A stretch of DNA of 64,000 nt from positions 105,650,001-105,714,000 of the forward strand of contig CM059431.1 in NCBI GenBank assembly GCA_030390025.1. Direction: 5' to 3'. The notes below the pieces were generated by a model, which saw only the letters and a list, made by a program, of their open reading frames with translations, ran no database searches and had not been told where the DNA came from. Positions 38,241-51,518 of the stretch are shown in pieces. A program made the position numbers and the translations under genes. The stretch is from Squalus acanthias. Its lineage: Eukaryota. Each line of letters opens with the position of its first letter. Position 1 is the stretch's first letter.

Positions 38241-38867
38241 GTTGAAAGGACGTACAAACTAAACAAGGTTCTGCAGTCTTCAAACAAGGCCTGTTGACGC
38301 TTTTAACACTTTTCAATAGAAAGGCCTATTCTACAGCAAAGCCGAAGTAAAATTATTTTCTTACACCCATAGAAAGTGCAAATTGCCTTGAATATGAAAG
38401 AAGAAACACCTCAGCAAATTTAGAGACTCACATATTTATAAATACACTCATATTAATTCCTTACAAGAGAAGGCTAGCCAAGAAGATCAGTGAAAGCAAC
38501 AATCCAGGATTGAAATTACTAATGCCCAAAATAAAACCAAAAAGGTTGACAAATTTCACAATAACAGGCTTAAATTTAACCATAGAATTATCATTGGAAT
38601 TTTTTAAAATCTTCATTAAAACTTTTACTTTCAGGTCTCAAAATCTTGCGCTTCAAGTCAATAGTCTTTCCCCATAACAGTTAATGGGGGTTACCAACCA
38701 TATTTACAGTTTTTAGAGTGTCACTACATGCATTACCACATTTTTGGATTTTACAAGAGCAAGCTGTATCTCCTCATTATTTAAGAGAATTTTTTTTTTG
38801 ATTCATTCACGGGATGTGGGTGTAGCTGGCAAGGCCAGCATTTATTGCCCATCCCTAATTGCCCTCG

Positions 38868-39563
38868 CGTATTCTGTCTCCAATTGCCAGTTTTCTGCGT
38901 GCACTGCGCATGCGCTGAAAACCGGCACTTGGTGATTTCAAAAGGGGGCGGTTCCTAGGTGAACTGCGTGCGCGCTACAGGCTGCGCGCACGCAGTGCAC
39001 TTAGTGCTTTGAACGCGCAGGTAAGCATGGAAGATTTTACACATAAAGAAAGGAGGCATAAGACCCTCTTTTAACAAGGTAAGTAGTTAATTAAGCATTT
39101 TTTTGAATTTTTTTTCAACAGGTATATCTTTTTTAGAGACTTTAAAGAAAGGTAAGTTTATTTTTATAACTTTTTAAAAGATTTAAAAAATTTTCAAAAA
39201 TTTAATTTTTTGTTTAAAGTGGTTAATTTATTTAACTATACTTATTTTATTAATGTGATGGTTTTTAAAAAAAATTTAATTGAGGTTTAGCTGTTCTTTT
39301 GAGGGGGTATAGATTCATAGCTTTCACAGCACTTGCTGTGAAAACTATGAATGAAAGATGGTGTGCTGCCATTGGCTCTAACTGAATCACGTGATCCCAC
39401 AGCTCGCACGAATTAACTGCGCCTGTGGGATACGGAAGCACTGCACAGCTGCTGTCTAGAAAATCAAGTTCGTGCGAGCTCGGAATGAAAAGGCAGGCGC
39501 GCAGTGAGATATCGCGGGGAAGCCTTACCCCCGCACGTAGGCTCCGTCATTAATTTCTGGGCC
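38868..39563. mobile_element. MITE lacking its left end, abutting a LINE tail (about 38800..38866, minus)
   Basis: GCGCATGCGCTGAAAACCGGCACTTG and AAAGGTAAGTTTATTTTT shared with 33389..35007; ends AATTTCTGGGCC. Confidence 0.65.
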
Positions 39564-40523
39564 AATAAGTGGCTCCACTTAACTCTGGCTCTGGTCCAGT
39601 TCATGTTAGTTTTGTGGCTTGGCCATTTACAGGCACTCAGGTCTATTGTGATGAATACAGAGATAAAAAGAGAGAGCGCAGATGGGTAGGGAGAAGGAAA
39701 GAGAATCTTCACTAGCTTCTGCACCTCTTCTGCTTTTATCTCAATAAAAATGTGGGAAGGTGGGATTTCTGTAATTTGCTTTTGAGTGGGGATACTTCAA
39801 GTCGGAAAGCCTACTGGCAACCCTTGAAATTCCTCACAGCTATGACTGGTATAGTTGGGCTTTGATTAGAGAAGTGTAAAAGAAATGCTGTTAATAAGTA
39901 GCTGGGATGCTTAATCTTTTAGTGATTTAACAGAAGAAGAGGGGTGACCTATTGAAAGAAAGCAGTAATATGTTAAAGGAGAAGATTAAAAACAAAAAAG
40001 TTTTAGATTGTGACTCAAATGCACACCAGAAGGCATCAGACTCATTACTTTCATCATTTCCCTCTCACAGGGGCCCTGTGGGGATAAAGATATTTGCTTT
40101 TTTGGCAGGGAGATTTAACTTTTGATGAGAAAAAGTGTTCAGGTGCCATTACTAATTTTGTAATCAAGACTCTTATGCTGACAGATGGCACATTTTCTGT
40201 CATTGGCCTGTCTTGGCTTGACTACCTGATACAGCTATGATGACACGTCACATCCCAGTGCCACTTTCAGCTGCCCATGGAGATTAAAATAATCTTCTAC
40301 AAAAGGGTAGAAGTACAAATAAATCAGGCAACCCGATGAATTTTTCGGTGGGTCTTCTCCAATATTGTTCTTTGACTTCTTGCTTGGGTTTATTAATGAG
40401 CTTTAATGAACAGGCAAAAAATGAAACAAGTGTACAGAAACCTCGTAATTTTGTGCAGGGCCTTCTCCTAAGTAAGCTTATTTCTCAAAGGACGTCGATA
40501 ACTAACATTATAAATGTTGCTGC

Positions 40524-40595
40524 TCAGTTTAGATTGATCATACAGAAATGCCTTTTTCAGTTTAGATTGATCATACAGAAATGCCTTTTTCAGTT
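40524..40595. repeat. 33-bp tandem duplication
   Basis: TCAGTTTAGATTGATCATACAGAAATGCCTTTT x2.2. Confidence 0.9.
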
Positions 40596-40609
40596 AGAGA
40601 TGCAAGCAG

Positions 40610-40705
40610 TCAATGAAGTACTTTATCAAGTACAGTCACAGTTGTAATACAGGAAATACAGCAGCCAATTTGCACACAGCAAGCTCCCACAAACAGCAAT
40701 GAGAT
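40610..40705 (-). mobile_element. DeuSINE 3' fragment
   Basis: GCAGCCAATTTGCACACAGCAAGCTCCCACAAACAGCAATG is the reverse complement of the SINE body. Confidence 0.75.
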
Positions 40706-41112
40706 TGTAGTGTCAACTAACTACAGGTGGTTCTCAGTACTATTCTCAGAATCAGCTCAGTTATTTTTTTCAAACCCTCCTTTTTTTTTTGACTTTCCTT
40801 GTGGGGCCAGGATGAGCAGTCGTGTTCCTCCAGGCCTTATAAGGAAAGTTTTAGGCTCCCTTTCCCCAAGCTCCCTCTCCCACCCGATCGACATACTGCA
40901 CTGCCAGGGATCATTCCTTCAAACCCTGCTGGGAGCCAGCCACCCGAAGTTGCTTTCCTGCAAAGTTTCGGGCAAAGCATCTGTTAGTCGGCAGGCAGAC
41001 GCTCAGCATAGAAACATGGGAACAGGAATAGGCCATTCAGCCCCGTGAGTGCCACTCAATCGGATCATAACTGATCTCTGTCACTCAATTTCATTTACCC
41101 ACCAATGAAATC

Positions 41113-41310
41113 CTTCAACCAACAGATATTAACAGATTATCTGGTCATTATCATATTGCTGTTTGTGGGAGCTTGCTGTGCACAATTTGGCTGCCGCGTT
41201 TCCTACATTACAACAGTGACTACACTTCAAAAAGTACTTCATTGGCTGAAAAGCACTTTGGGACGTCCTGAGGTGGTGAAAGGCGCTATATAAATGCAAG
41301 CCTTTCCTCT
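41113..41310 (+). mobile_element. DeuSINE 3' part
   Basis: ACAGATTATCTGGTCATT through to the L2-like tail. Confidence 0.85.
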
Positions 41311-42143
41311 TTTTTTTTTCCTTTTAAAATCCATATGAACGAGATAACAGATTTGGCTTTTCAGAGATAGGGTGCGAACTGGAAGGAGCAGTGCTCACCT
41401 ACAAGAGGAGATGAGAGCAGGAAGGTGTGGATCCAGCTGAAGAGAGATGCTGGGAGCTAAAAGGAGAGCCCTATCCTCCAATTGTTTGGATCTGGAAGGA
41501 GAGTTGTCGGTAGTCGAGAGGCTGGATGCTGAACAAAAGGAGGTGAAGACCTACAAAAGAAGCTTGAAGAGGTTCTGGGTTGGGACGCGCACTTCAGAAT
41601 GCAAGACGCGAGGAGTCACTGCAAAACATACTTATTTCTGAACACATACAAAAAAAGAAACTTTTTTTTATCCCGATAATTTGTGGGAATTCCATGCACA
41701 ATATAATCGTAACTCACTATCTATCTCTAGGCAAGATGCACAAGGACTAGCAAAGAGAAAAATAGAACAGATACTGGCAGGCTTATATAAAATAGATGAG
41801 AAGATGGTATTCATACTCTGAAGACACGCAAAAATGCTCGGCAAGATCAGAACGTTAGGCATAATCAACATTTGAGAATTTATCTTTAGTTTTCATTTCC
41901 ATTAAGATCACTTTGCACTCAATTTTTTTTAAATTAAAAACTTCACTGTGGCAAAGGTTGATTATTGTCCAACTGTCACAGCACATAAATATATTTCGAG
42001 AGGCGACAACCTTTTAACTGTGTATCCTACTGACCTCAGAAGGGCTAATTAATGTCTTCAAAATCTTGGCCTGAACACCAACACAAGGAAGATTTCAGCA
42101 GTTCATTGTTTATAGTAAACTCCTAAACTAGTCCACACAGAAC

Positions 42144-44243
42144 GGCCTAGAGTTTGCAGGAGCGAGGGCATCTCGTGGTGTACCCAGTTAGTTAGATTTT
42201 TTTCCCGCACCCTTGAGCTCGAAAAAAATTTTCAGCCGCAATTGGCTGGAAGTGTGAGCTGATAACAGGGCATCAGGAACCTTGGTGAATGATGGGACCA
42301 ACAGTCTATCACCTTAATCAATGAGATTTAAGGATAGAGAAAGGAACGACAAAGATGGAAATAGTGTCAAATCAGGTACAGAAAACATTTTCTTTTGTGA
42401 TCTGAAATGCACTGCCTGAAAGGGCGGTGGAAGCAGATTCAATAGTAACATTCAAAAGAGAATTGAATAAATACTTGAAGTGGAAAATTTGCAGGGCTAC
42501 GGGAAAAGAGCAGGGGAGTGGGGCTAATTGGAAAGCTCTTTCAAAGAGGTGTGATGGTCTGAATGGCCTCCTTCTGAGCTGTACGATTCTATGATTTAAA
42601 GACTGATTACAAGAGAGAGAAAAAAATTGACAAAAGGAAAAGTAAGAAAAAAGTTAAAATTTGAAATTTTTTAATCTGTTAAGAACAGTTTACTACCTGC
42701 AGGAATGAGATTCCACAGTTTCAATTGTTCCCTTTCTGGGCCTCCGAGGTCGAGTGGCATTGCAGGCACATAAATCTCGTCATTAATAGGGTCATTGCAT
42801 AGTTAAATACCAGCCTTAACTTTCTGTGGTGAGTTTAATGGGTAATTAATGCGCAAATGCAGCAATTTCTTGAAACTGTAAGTGGTTTTCTCAGGCGCAC
42901 CGAAAACACACCACTTACTACAAGTTCTGGACGATAGGGATTATATGGACAGATCAGACTCAGACACCCATTTGAGCTCAAACATATTGTGTTTAATAGG
43001 ATTTAACAATAACACTCGTAACAGTACAAAACAATACAACCCTGGCTTGTCCAACAAGCCATACAGTGCTAATTTACCACGGTCTAATAAAAGAACCCTG
43101 CCGTGAAATAAACTAATGCAGGACCCCAGCACTAAACCCCTCTAAAGTTTGGTTGGGACTTACAATCACCCCCTCACACAGCTAAGTGGTCTTGTGGATG
43201 TGGCGCAGGCAATATGCTCACCCCGATTGCCCGTTGTCTTGCTTGCAGCTTCTTCCTGTACGTCTCGCTCCTGGTTCCGTACCGCCGACGTAGTATCCAA
43301 GTTCCAGTTTGAGTCAAGGTCCATTGATGAGGGATGAAGAGCAGCGCTCAGCTTCTGGCGGTGTTCCGTTGAGCCGAGCCCCACTCGGGAGACTCGCTGT
43401 AGATTGATGCCGAGGAGAAGAGAGAGAGAGAGCAGCCCCCGAATGGCTCCTGATATACCCAAAACCCATCGCCTTTTTCTACCGCCAATACTGATTGATG
43501 TATTGACTCAGGTGATCTGTCTGGACCCCCCTGTGGACTGGAGTGGCTCATGACCTTTGAAATCTTTGTGAAAAATGATATTCCGTTTCCCCGCTCCCAG
43601 GCCTGGCACCTGGAGAGACAATGAGTGCTGATTACTGGATGTCTGTCGTTTCCTGAGTTGATGGCCCCCATTAGCAAGTAATGGGTTTCAATCTCAAACC
43701 GAACTTGCTTAACTGGCTTATCTCCTGGAAGACAATGGCCTGGCCATCTCCTGCCTTCCACCAGTTTCGGTTGGGACTGTGCTTTATTGATGTGTCTCTG
43801 AATTACCTCTCGGGGTATTGTTCCCAGTAATCATGTTAGATGATGATGACGTCAATCGGCCTGGGTTCCCTTCCACCCAGCCTGTCAGTGTCAGATGGCC
43901 GTTTGCATATGAATGCACCTTAGTCAGGTTAGCCTGGCTTGCAATCCGATTCCCTAAGCCACTCCCACAAGCTTGCCCAACAGTACAGTTCATTTCTTGG
44001 GGTTTTGGATATAAAATATGATTCATAAAAATGGCCAGAAAGCTGGTGCTACAAAACTCACGGGGAGGTTGAGCTGCCGGTTTCGCGAGGCTAACGGCAG
44101 AGTGACGCAAATCATTCAGCAACTTGTGGCGATTCGCAACTCACCGGGGTATCTCTTCCTCCTCACAAGTTGCTGGGTGACTTAAACATTAATAACGGCG
44201 AGCCCATTAAACTTCGAGTCATTTTCCCAGCAAATTCTGGGCC
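42144..44243. mobile_element. MITE hosting a CR1 tail (about 42396..42597, +) and a solo LTR
   Basis: TIRs GGCCTAGAGTTTGC / GCAAATTCTGGGCC (12/14); flanks AAC / AAT. Confidence 0.65.
42877..44053 (-). mobile_element. Solo LTR (1177 bp)
   Basis: TGTA...TACA ends, exact TSD AAAC (42873..42876, 44054..44057); minus-strand ATTAAA near 42991. Confidence 0.85.
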
Positions 44244-44384
44244 AATGTATTGCAATTCTGCTATGAAGAAGAAATGGCAGAAGTTCTCTTCTTTCCACCA
44301 CCACTGCCCCCATGCCCAAAACATGGTATCAGAAGAATACAGTGATTATTTGTACTCTTTCTTTCTCAGGAGGTTGGCGGGGGG

Positions 44385-44712
44385 GAGTGGGGCTCAATGC
44401 TGAAGAGACCACATTTATTGCCCATCCTTAAGTTGTCCTCAGAGAGTGGTGGTCGACCACCTTCTTTGAACCGCTATCAATCAGAGGTCATTAAGAGTCA
44501 CCCACATGGTGTGGGACTAGAGTCGCATGCTAGCCAGACCAGGTTAGGATGGCAGGCTCCCGGCTCTGATGGACATCAGTGAACCAGTTGGGTTTTTACA
44601 ACAATCCAACAGGTTTCTGGTGCACAAATTACCAGAATTATTGAATTCAATTTCAAAATTATCCTCGGTAGGATTTCAATTCACGGCCACTGGGTGGCTT
44701 GTCCAGCACCAT
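44385..44712 (-). mobile_element. Diverged tRNA-headed SINE related to 6484..6918 and 13732..21381
   Basis: CATTTATTGCCCATCC tail, TTAAGAGTCA..CCAGACCAGGT core and degraded head, all reverse-complemented. Confidence 0.7.
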
Positions 44713-44974
44713 AATTTATTGAACATTATTTAATTTATTTAAATTTAAGAAGCAAAAAGAAAAAGATTTATGGAACCTTGCTCTGATGCTAATCTGCAAT
44801 TTGGAAAGTGATTAATCCTGATGCTGCCTAAAAAACAAATGTCACACATTTAGCACAATAAATGTCATGGCTCTAAGGGCTAAATTGCAGCAGTGATTAT
44901 AACAGTCTGCAAGTGAAACAGTGAAGAAAGCAAAGTCTAAAATAATGAACACATTAATGGATCGAGTAGAATGT

Positions 44975-45372
44975 GCCTGTATTCTCTGGAGTTTAGAAGA
45001 ATGAGACGTTATTTCATTGAAACGTATAAAATTATTAGAGGGCTTGACAGGGTAGAAGCCGAGAGGTTGTTTCCCCTGGCTGGAGAGTCCAGAATAAGGG
45101 GTCGGCCATTTGGGACTGAGATGAGGAGGAATTTCTTCACTCAGAGGGTTGTGAATCTTTGGAATTCCCCACCCCAGAGGGCTGTGGATGCTCAGTTATT
45201 GAGTATATTCAAGGCTGAGATCGATAGATTTTTGGATTCTAAGGGAATCAAAGGCTATGGGGATCGGGCGGGAAAGTGGAGTTGAGGTCGAAGGTCAGCC
45301 ATGATCTTCAGAATGGGGGAGCAGGCTCAAGGGGCCGTACGGTCTACTCCTGCTCCTATTACTTATGTTCCT
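44975..45372 (+). mobile_element. 5'-truncated CR1
   Basis: ORF 44971..45285 LYSLEFRRMR..NFFTQRVVNLWNS; CR1 3' UTR. Confidence 0.92.
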
Positions 45373-45944
45373 GTCCACATATTAAAAGAAAAAGTTAATG
45401 TTCACAATGTAGCGTAGGATGACAAGAGGAACTCAATTAATGGAGACTGTCCATGTAAATATAATTCTAAAACATTGGATGCTGCCTGTGCCCCAATTGA
45501 AGGGAACTGCCCTGAACTGGCATCCGAGACCAAATCCTTATTGAATGCACTCATTAACACTGTATTCTGAACGAGGTATCCTACACACAAACTGATCAGG
45601 AGAGATATCCTTTTCATAGTTTAGAGCCAATCCCTGCTGAATTTCATTCAACAAGAAAAAAGAATTTAAAATTTCAAAAGCCAGACCCAGCTCATAATGA
45701 ATGCCAGCTAATGGATATGCTTTGTAAGAATCGACATTCTTCACCTCAATGAGCATAAAATACGCATTTGAATTTATTTTCAAAAAGCACATCCCCCCCT
45801 CCCCCCCCCACCCCCCCGTCACACACACTGACATTCCCTATTAAATGTATGATAAACTTTTTAAAAATTATATACAAGACCTCTCGGGTCAATCATTCTG
45901 TATCTTCCATCTCATTACCACTATTAGACCAGTACAAAGTCTTT

Positions 45945-46180
45945 CCCGAGAGAGTGGTGCGAATGTGGAACTCGCTACCACAGGGAGTGGTTGAGGCGAA
46001 AAGTATAGATGCATTTAAGGGGAAGCGAGATAAGCAGAGGAGGGAGAAGGGAATAGAGGGTTATGCTGATAGATTTAGATGAGGAAAGACGGGAGGAGGC
46101 TCGAGTGGAGCATAAACGCTGGCATGGACTGCTTGGGCCGAATGGCCTTTTTCTGTGCTGAATATTCTATGTAATATGTA
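45945..46180 (+). mobile_element. CR1 3' fragment
   Basis: ERVVRMWNSLPQGVVEA..GYADR; tail TTCTATGTAATATGT. Confidence 0.85.
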
Positions 46181-46265
46181 AAGTCGGACTTGGATTCACG
46201 CCTGTTTGGCAGCCGTGAACACTACAGTCCTGACCAGGAGTTTTTGAACTTTTATCTTAAACATT

Positions 46266-47115
46266 GGGCTGGATTTTACCAGCCCTGAGGAGGTGGGTTT
46301 GGAGGCGGGACTGCTGGGAAAGTCGAAAAGAATGGGAGCAGGTCTCGAACCCGCTCCCCACCCACCTCCAACCAATCTTCCCGAGAGTCGGGTCCCCGAT
46401 TCCTAGCGGCAGGAAGAGGATTATAGCCACTTAACTGCTAGTTAACAGGTAGATAACAAACAGTTAAGAGGCTTTATCCAATTTTTAGACTTCATTTGCG
46501 GGCTTCCTGATGTTGGGGAACCCCGCCAGGGTAAGTGAGGCGTGCTGTGGGTCTGTTGTACTGTTGGTGTACAGATGACAGCTGCAGAAGTGGTGTGAAG
46601 GATGCAATGGGACACTGGTAAGTATCAGAGGTAAGGAAATGTTAGGAAAATCATTTTTAATGTGTTTAGATTTTTCTTTATGTGACAAGCTTTGAAGTGT
46701 TTGTGTGGCCTCAGCTCAATGGGAGAAGTGACAGATCGCTTCTGTACCCTCACTTGCAGCTGCCATCTGTTTCATCCTAAGGAGAGAGTCATTGGAGAGC
46801 CTCGGTGCAAGGGCTCACCTTTGTACAGTGATTGTCAGTGTTTGACAGCACCTCAATGCTGTCAAACACTGTCAAATCATCTGTCAAAAATTTATGGTTC
46901 ATGTGCCTTTAAGAAAACTGGCAGACGAAGCGTCATCAACTGACATCATCTGACACCGGCTTTCCCTTAATTGGCCGGCAAGCCCGCAGGGCGGGCTTAA
47001 CAAGGCCAATCAGGGGAAAATAGCGTCTGTGCGTCAGACGTTGATGGGGGCGGGACTAGAACCCGGAAGGCAGCAGTCCCGCCCCCAACTTGTCTCGGTG
47101 AGTAAAATCCAGCCC
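46266..47115. mobile_element. Harbinger-derived MITE (850 bp)
   Basis: Perfect 14-bp TIR GGGCTGGATTTTAC; about 46920..47020 is a reverse-complement homolog of about 4172..4268; 3-bp flanks do not match. Confidence 0.82.
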
Positions 47116-47649
47116 TAGGACACTATTATTAGCACAGTTGTACCAGTGGATAATGAACAGAAAAGTATTGGATGAGATCAGGCCTACAAGTGTTGATACA
47201 GATAACCTCTAAGTAATATGCAGAGCAATCTCAGCTTGTAAATGAATAATGCCATTCAGCACATAAAACTGCTTTGTATAGGCATTTTACATTAAACAAT
47301 TTTTCACATTATTGGTTTAGGGTTCAATTATTGTCTTCAAGTAGACATAGTGCAAGTATAAATAGCTACCCACACAATCAATAAATTGTTTTTCAGATTC
47401 ATTTATAAGCCAGAACATGATAAATTGCCCCTAATTCAAAATTAACATGTTAATGCAATTTTACTGCAAAGCAACATGCTCACGTCTTTGTACTTCCAGG
47501 TTTGAGTTTCAGTAAAGCCAGTTCAATCTGCCTGCCACGTAAAGGATGAGTGAGTACTGACAAGCGTTGCTCTCCAAGTCAAAAGTAGGAAAACTCTTAA
47601 GAGTCAGGGGCTGGCAAAGGTTCTGCTATAACCACATACACCTTCCCTG

Positions 47650-48742
47650 GACCCAACTTTTGTTTCTCTACTTGTCCTGTTAGCACCTCCATTTGCCTTG
47701 CACCATCATCCCTTTTGTCATTTAATCACTCCTGCCCTCCACCCTATCACAGACCTTCCCTTTTGTTCTTTCCTCCCCTCTCCCACTCCCTCCATTTTCC
47801 CTGGCACTGTACTTGCTTAAAACTGTTAAATCTCTAACTTCTTCCAGTCCTGATGAAAGATCATCGACCTGAAATGTTGGGGGCGATTTTGCCAGCCCTG
47901 GGGAGGTGGGTTTGGAGGCAGGAATGCCGGGAAAATGGCATCCCGCCCCCAACCCGCCTCCGTGCCATCTTCCCAGGAGGCGGGTTGCCGACCTGCGCTG
48001 GGCCCCGTCTCCTGGAGGCGGCAAGGGGATTACAGCAACTGAACTGCCTGTTAACTGGTAGTTAACAGGCAGTTAAGAGGATTATCCCCATTTTTCCACC
48101 AGAGGTGCGGGCTTCCCGACGTCGGGAAACCCTGCCAGGGTCACCAAAGCGAGCAGTGGGTCTGTGGGTGTTGGAGGGGTGCAAAAGTGCACTTTGGAGG
48201 TAAGTGTTGGGTGCAAGTGTGGAGAGGTAAGTATGTGAGGTGAGTGTAAAGTGTTAGAAATTGTTTACTTACCTTTGTTTCTTCCTGCAGGCCTCAACAG
48301 TTGGGGAACCGGAGACTCCTCATCTCACCGGCGGAGATGACAGATGGCTGCTGCATTCTCCGATGCAACAACCATCTAATTTCTGCTCAGCAGATAGGTT
48401 TGATGAGTCTTGAATACAAGGACTCATTAAACAACAGAGAATGTCAGTGTTTGACAGCTTCACAGAGCTGTCAAACGATGACAATTCATCTGTCAAAATT
48501 TTTTGACAGATGAAACATCATACGCTGACGTTCTCTGTAATCGGCTTCCGCTGGGCGGTCTTAACAAGGTCAATCAAGGGAAAATATCGTGGGTTGGCCA
48601 CAAGTCAATGGAGGTGGGACTAAAACCCGACAAGCAGCAGTCCCACCTCCAACACGCCCCCATTGGCAAAATCACCCCCGTTAACTCTGTTTCTCTCTCC
48701 ACAGATGCTGCCTGACCTGCTGAGTATTTCCAACATTTTAAG
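47650..48742 (+). mobile_element. Penelope-type fragment split at its hammerhead by a MITE (47650..47878 and 48680..48742)
   Basis: CTGATGAAAGATCATCGACCTGAAATGTT | GTTAACTCTGTTTCTCTCTCCACAGATGCTGCC. Confidence 0.8.
47879..48679. mobile_element. Harbinger-derived MITE (801 bp)
   Basis: TIRs GGGGGCGATTTTGCCA / TGGCAAAATCACCCCC (15/16), TSD GTT/GTT; collinear with 46266..47115. Confidence 0.87.
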
Positions 48743-49259
48743 GTGTTATTTCTTAACAGAGTCAGTTTGGATAACCCAAGTCTATTTAATATGCAATATA
48801 TTTCAGAGCTAAATTTAGACAACTTGAATGAATGCATCTTTAATGTAATAACCCATTGATTGGAGAGGAACAGACAAGAGCAGTAAAGGAGTGGTAAATA
48901 ATTTAGCAAAGTTGGCTGAAGGCGGAGTCAAAGTAGGTCAGTTTTGAGGAGGTTTCTTTAAATGGGGGAAACGGGAGGTAGCAAGGCTAAGAAGTTCAAG
49001 GGGGAGGTGTTCCAAAGTGCGGGGCTGAAGGCTCTGCTACTAAGTGAGGAATGCCAGGGGAGATGTACGAGAGCCCAGAGTCAAAGGTCAGTTGGGCAGG
49101 AAGCTGGGATGAAGGGGTGAAGAAAGTTGCAAATTAGAGTGGGGCAAGGCTGTGAATGGATCCATAAATGAGCATAAGGATTTCAAATGGGGTGCACTGA
49201 GACACAGATGACTACTGGAGTCAATGCGGATTAGGAACGATCACTTGAGAGAAAGGTAT

Positions 49260-51000
49260 TTCATAAAATTTCTACAGACTCATAAATCATGAGAGAAATC
49301 AGGATAGGGATAGGGTCACTAAGAGATACATACGATAACCTCACAAGAAATGACGGCAAAATGGCAGAAATATTAAATAATTACTTTGCCTCTGTATTTA
49401 CCAGGGAGACTAACATGGTGGACATGACATTAGAAGAAGAGAACAAAAAAGATAGAAAGATATTTAAGATAGAAAGGGGAGAGATAATTGATAATCTAAT
49501 CAAATTTAGAGATTATAAAACCCCTGGTTTAGAGGGATTGCATCCAGGCATATTAAAAGTTAGGGAAGAGATAGCAGAGGCACGTATACATATCTTTAAA
49601 ATTCATTAGAAAAGGGAATAGTGCCAGAGGACTGACCGACAGCTAATGTGATTCTTATATATAAAAAGGGAGATAGAACAAGTCCAGGGAACTATAGACC
49701 ATTTAGCTTAATGTTGGTGATAGGAAAGATAATGGAATCCTTACTCAAAGACGTAATAGAAAAACATCTATAAGCTGAAAATATAATGAAGAGTAGTCAG
49801 CATGGATTCCAAAAGGGAAGGTCATGCTTGACCAACCTTATTCAATTCTTTGCAGATAAGGGTAATGTAGTAGATGGAATATATTTGGATTTCCAAAAAG
49901 CCTTTGATAAGGTACCGCATAGTAGACTTATGACTAAGGTCATAACACATGGAGTCAGAGGACAAGTAGCAGAATGGATACAAGCTGGCTACAAAACAGA
50001 AAACAGAGAGTAGGGGGTTAAAGGTAGTTACTCAGATTAGCAAATGATGTGAAGTGCTGTTCCACAAGGATCTGTTTTGGGACCACTGTTGTTCACCATT
50101 TACATAAACGATTTGGACTCGGGAATCGGAGGTACAATTTCAAAATTTGCGGATGACACCAAGTTGTGGTGGGGGGGGGAGAAATACATTAACAAACTTG
50201 CAGAATGGGTGTGTAATTGGCAAATGAACTTCAACATAGACAAGTGTGAGGTAGTATATTTTGGAAGGAAGAATAACGAGGTCACATACTTCTTGGAAAA
50301 TAAGTGTCTAAGTGAAGTAGAGGAACAAAGGGATCTGGGGGTACTGATGCACAAATCACTAAAAATAGCGATGCAGGTTAATAAACCAATTTTTTAAAAA
50401 AGCACCAGAGTTCATTTCTAGAGGGATAGAATTGAAAAGCAAAAAAATTGTTAAACTTGTATAGAACCTTGGTTAGACCACATTAGAGAGTACTGTGCAC
50501 AGCTCTGGTCTCCATATTATAAAAAAAAGGATATAGAGACGGTGCAAAAGAGATTTACTAGAATGATACCAGAACTGAGAAGTTATACCTATCAGGAAAG
50601 ATTGAACAGGCTGGGGCTCTGTTCTCTAGAAAAGAGAAGACTACGGGGTGACCTGATAGATGTCTTCAAAATTATGAAAGGGTTTGATAGGGTAGACGTA
50701 GAGACGATGATTCCACTTGCGGGTGAGACAAGAACTAAGGGCCATAAATACAAGATAGTCACTATTAAATCCAATTTGGAATTCAGGTGAAACTTCTTTA
50801 CCCAGAGAGTGGTTAGAATGTGGAACCCGCTATCACAGGGAATAGCATAGATGCATTTAAGGGGAAGCTAGATAAGCACATGAGGGGAAAAAGGAATAGA
50901 AGGCTATGCTGATCGGGTTAGAAGAGGGGCAGGAAGAGGCTCGTGGAGAGTAAGCATTGAGTCGAATGGCCTGTTTCTGTGCTGTAAATACTGCATAATT
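49260..51000 (+). mobile_element. Older CR1 ORF2 3' half, many lesions
   Basis: [42 protein letters not shown] across broken ORFs. Confidence 0.92.
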
Positions 51001-51518
51001 TTGTAAGATCGCAAGAGTAATGTCGATGAGGCCCATTTTGGTTCTGGGCTGGCTGAGGACAGAACTATAATTTTTGCAAGTCTTCCTGGAGTATTTCTTT
51101 GAAGTTTGTCAAATTTTAGCATTATTATTTAGTTTGATATATGCTTGTAAAGAAAACTGCCTGCTGGCTTTAGTGCAGTAGAATATTTATGGAAGGATGT
51201 TAGTGCAGGATGATCAAGAAATAAATTCTATTTGTTAGGAGTTATTTTACAACCTGTGTACACCATCCATAAAATACAAATCCATCTGAGGTATGTTTGG
51301 AGTCTAGAAGCTAATTAAAGAGCACACAAGATGTGATAAATCGCAAGTGCAAAGCTCTAACAATATGATAGGGAGCTGATCTTGCTTCGCCACCATATCT
51401 TCACCTTAAGTGTGGTGTAAAACCCCGTTTATGTGCATACATGGGGTTTCTTGTTGTCCTTGTGAGCAGCTCCATGGAAACTCCTGGCCTATAGGGAAGA
51501 CATTTTTACAGCCCATGG

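Noticed and set aside
41340..41620. Purine-rich stretch resembling an old reverse L2 fragment (also about 48900..49250)
   Set aside because: Too degraded to assign by eye; needs a profile search
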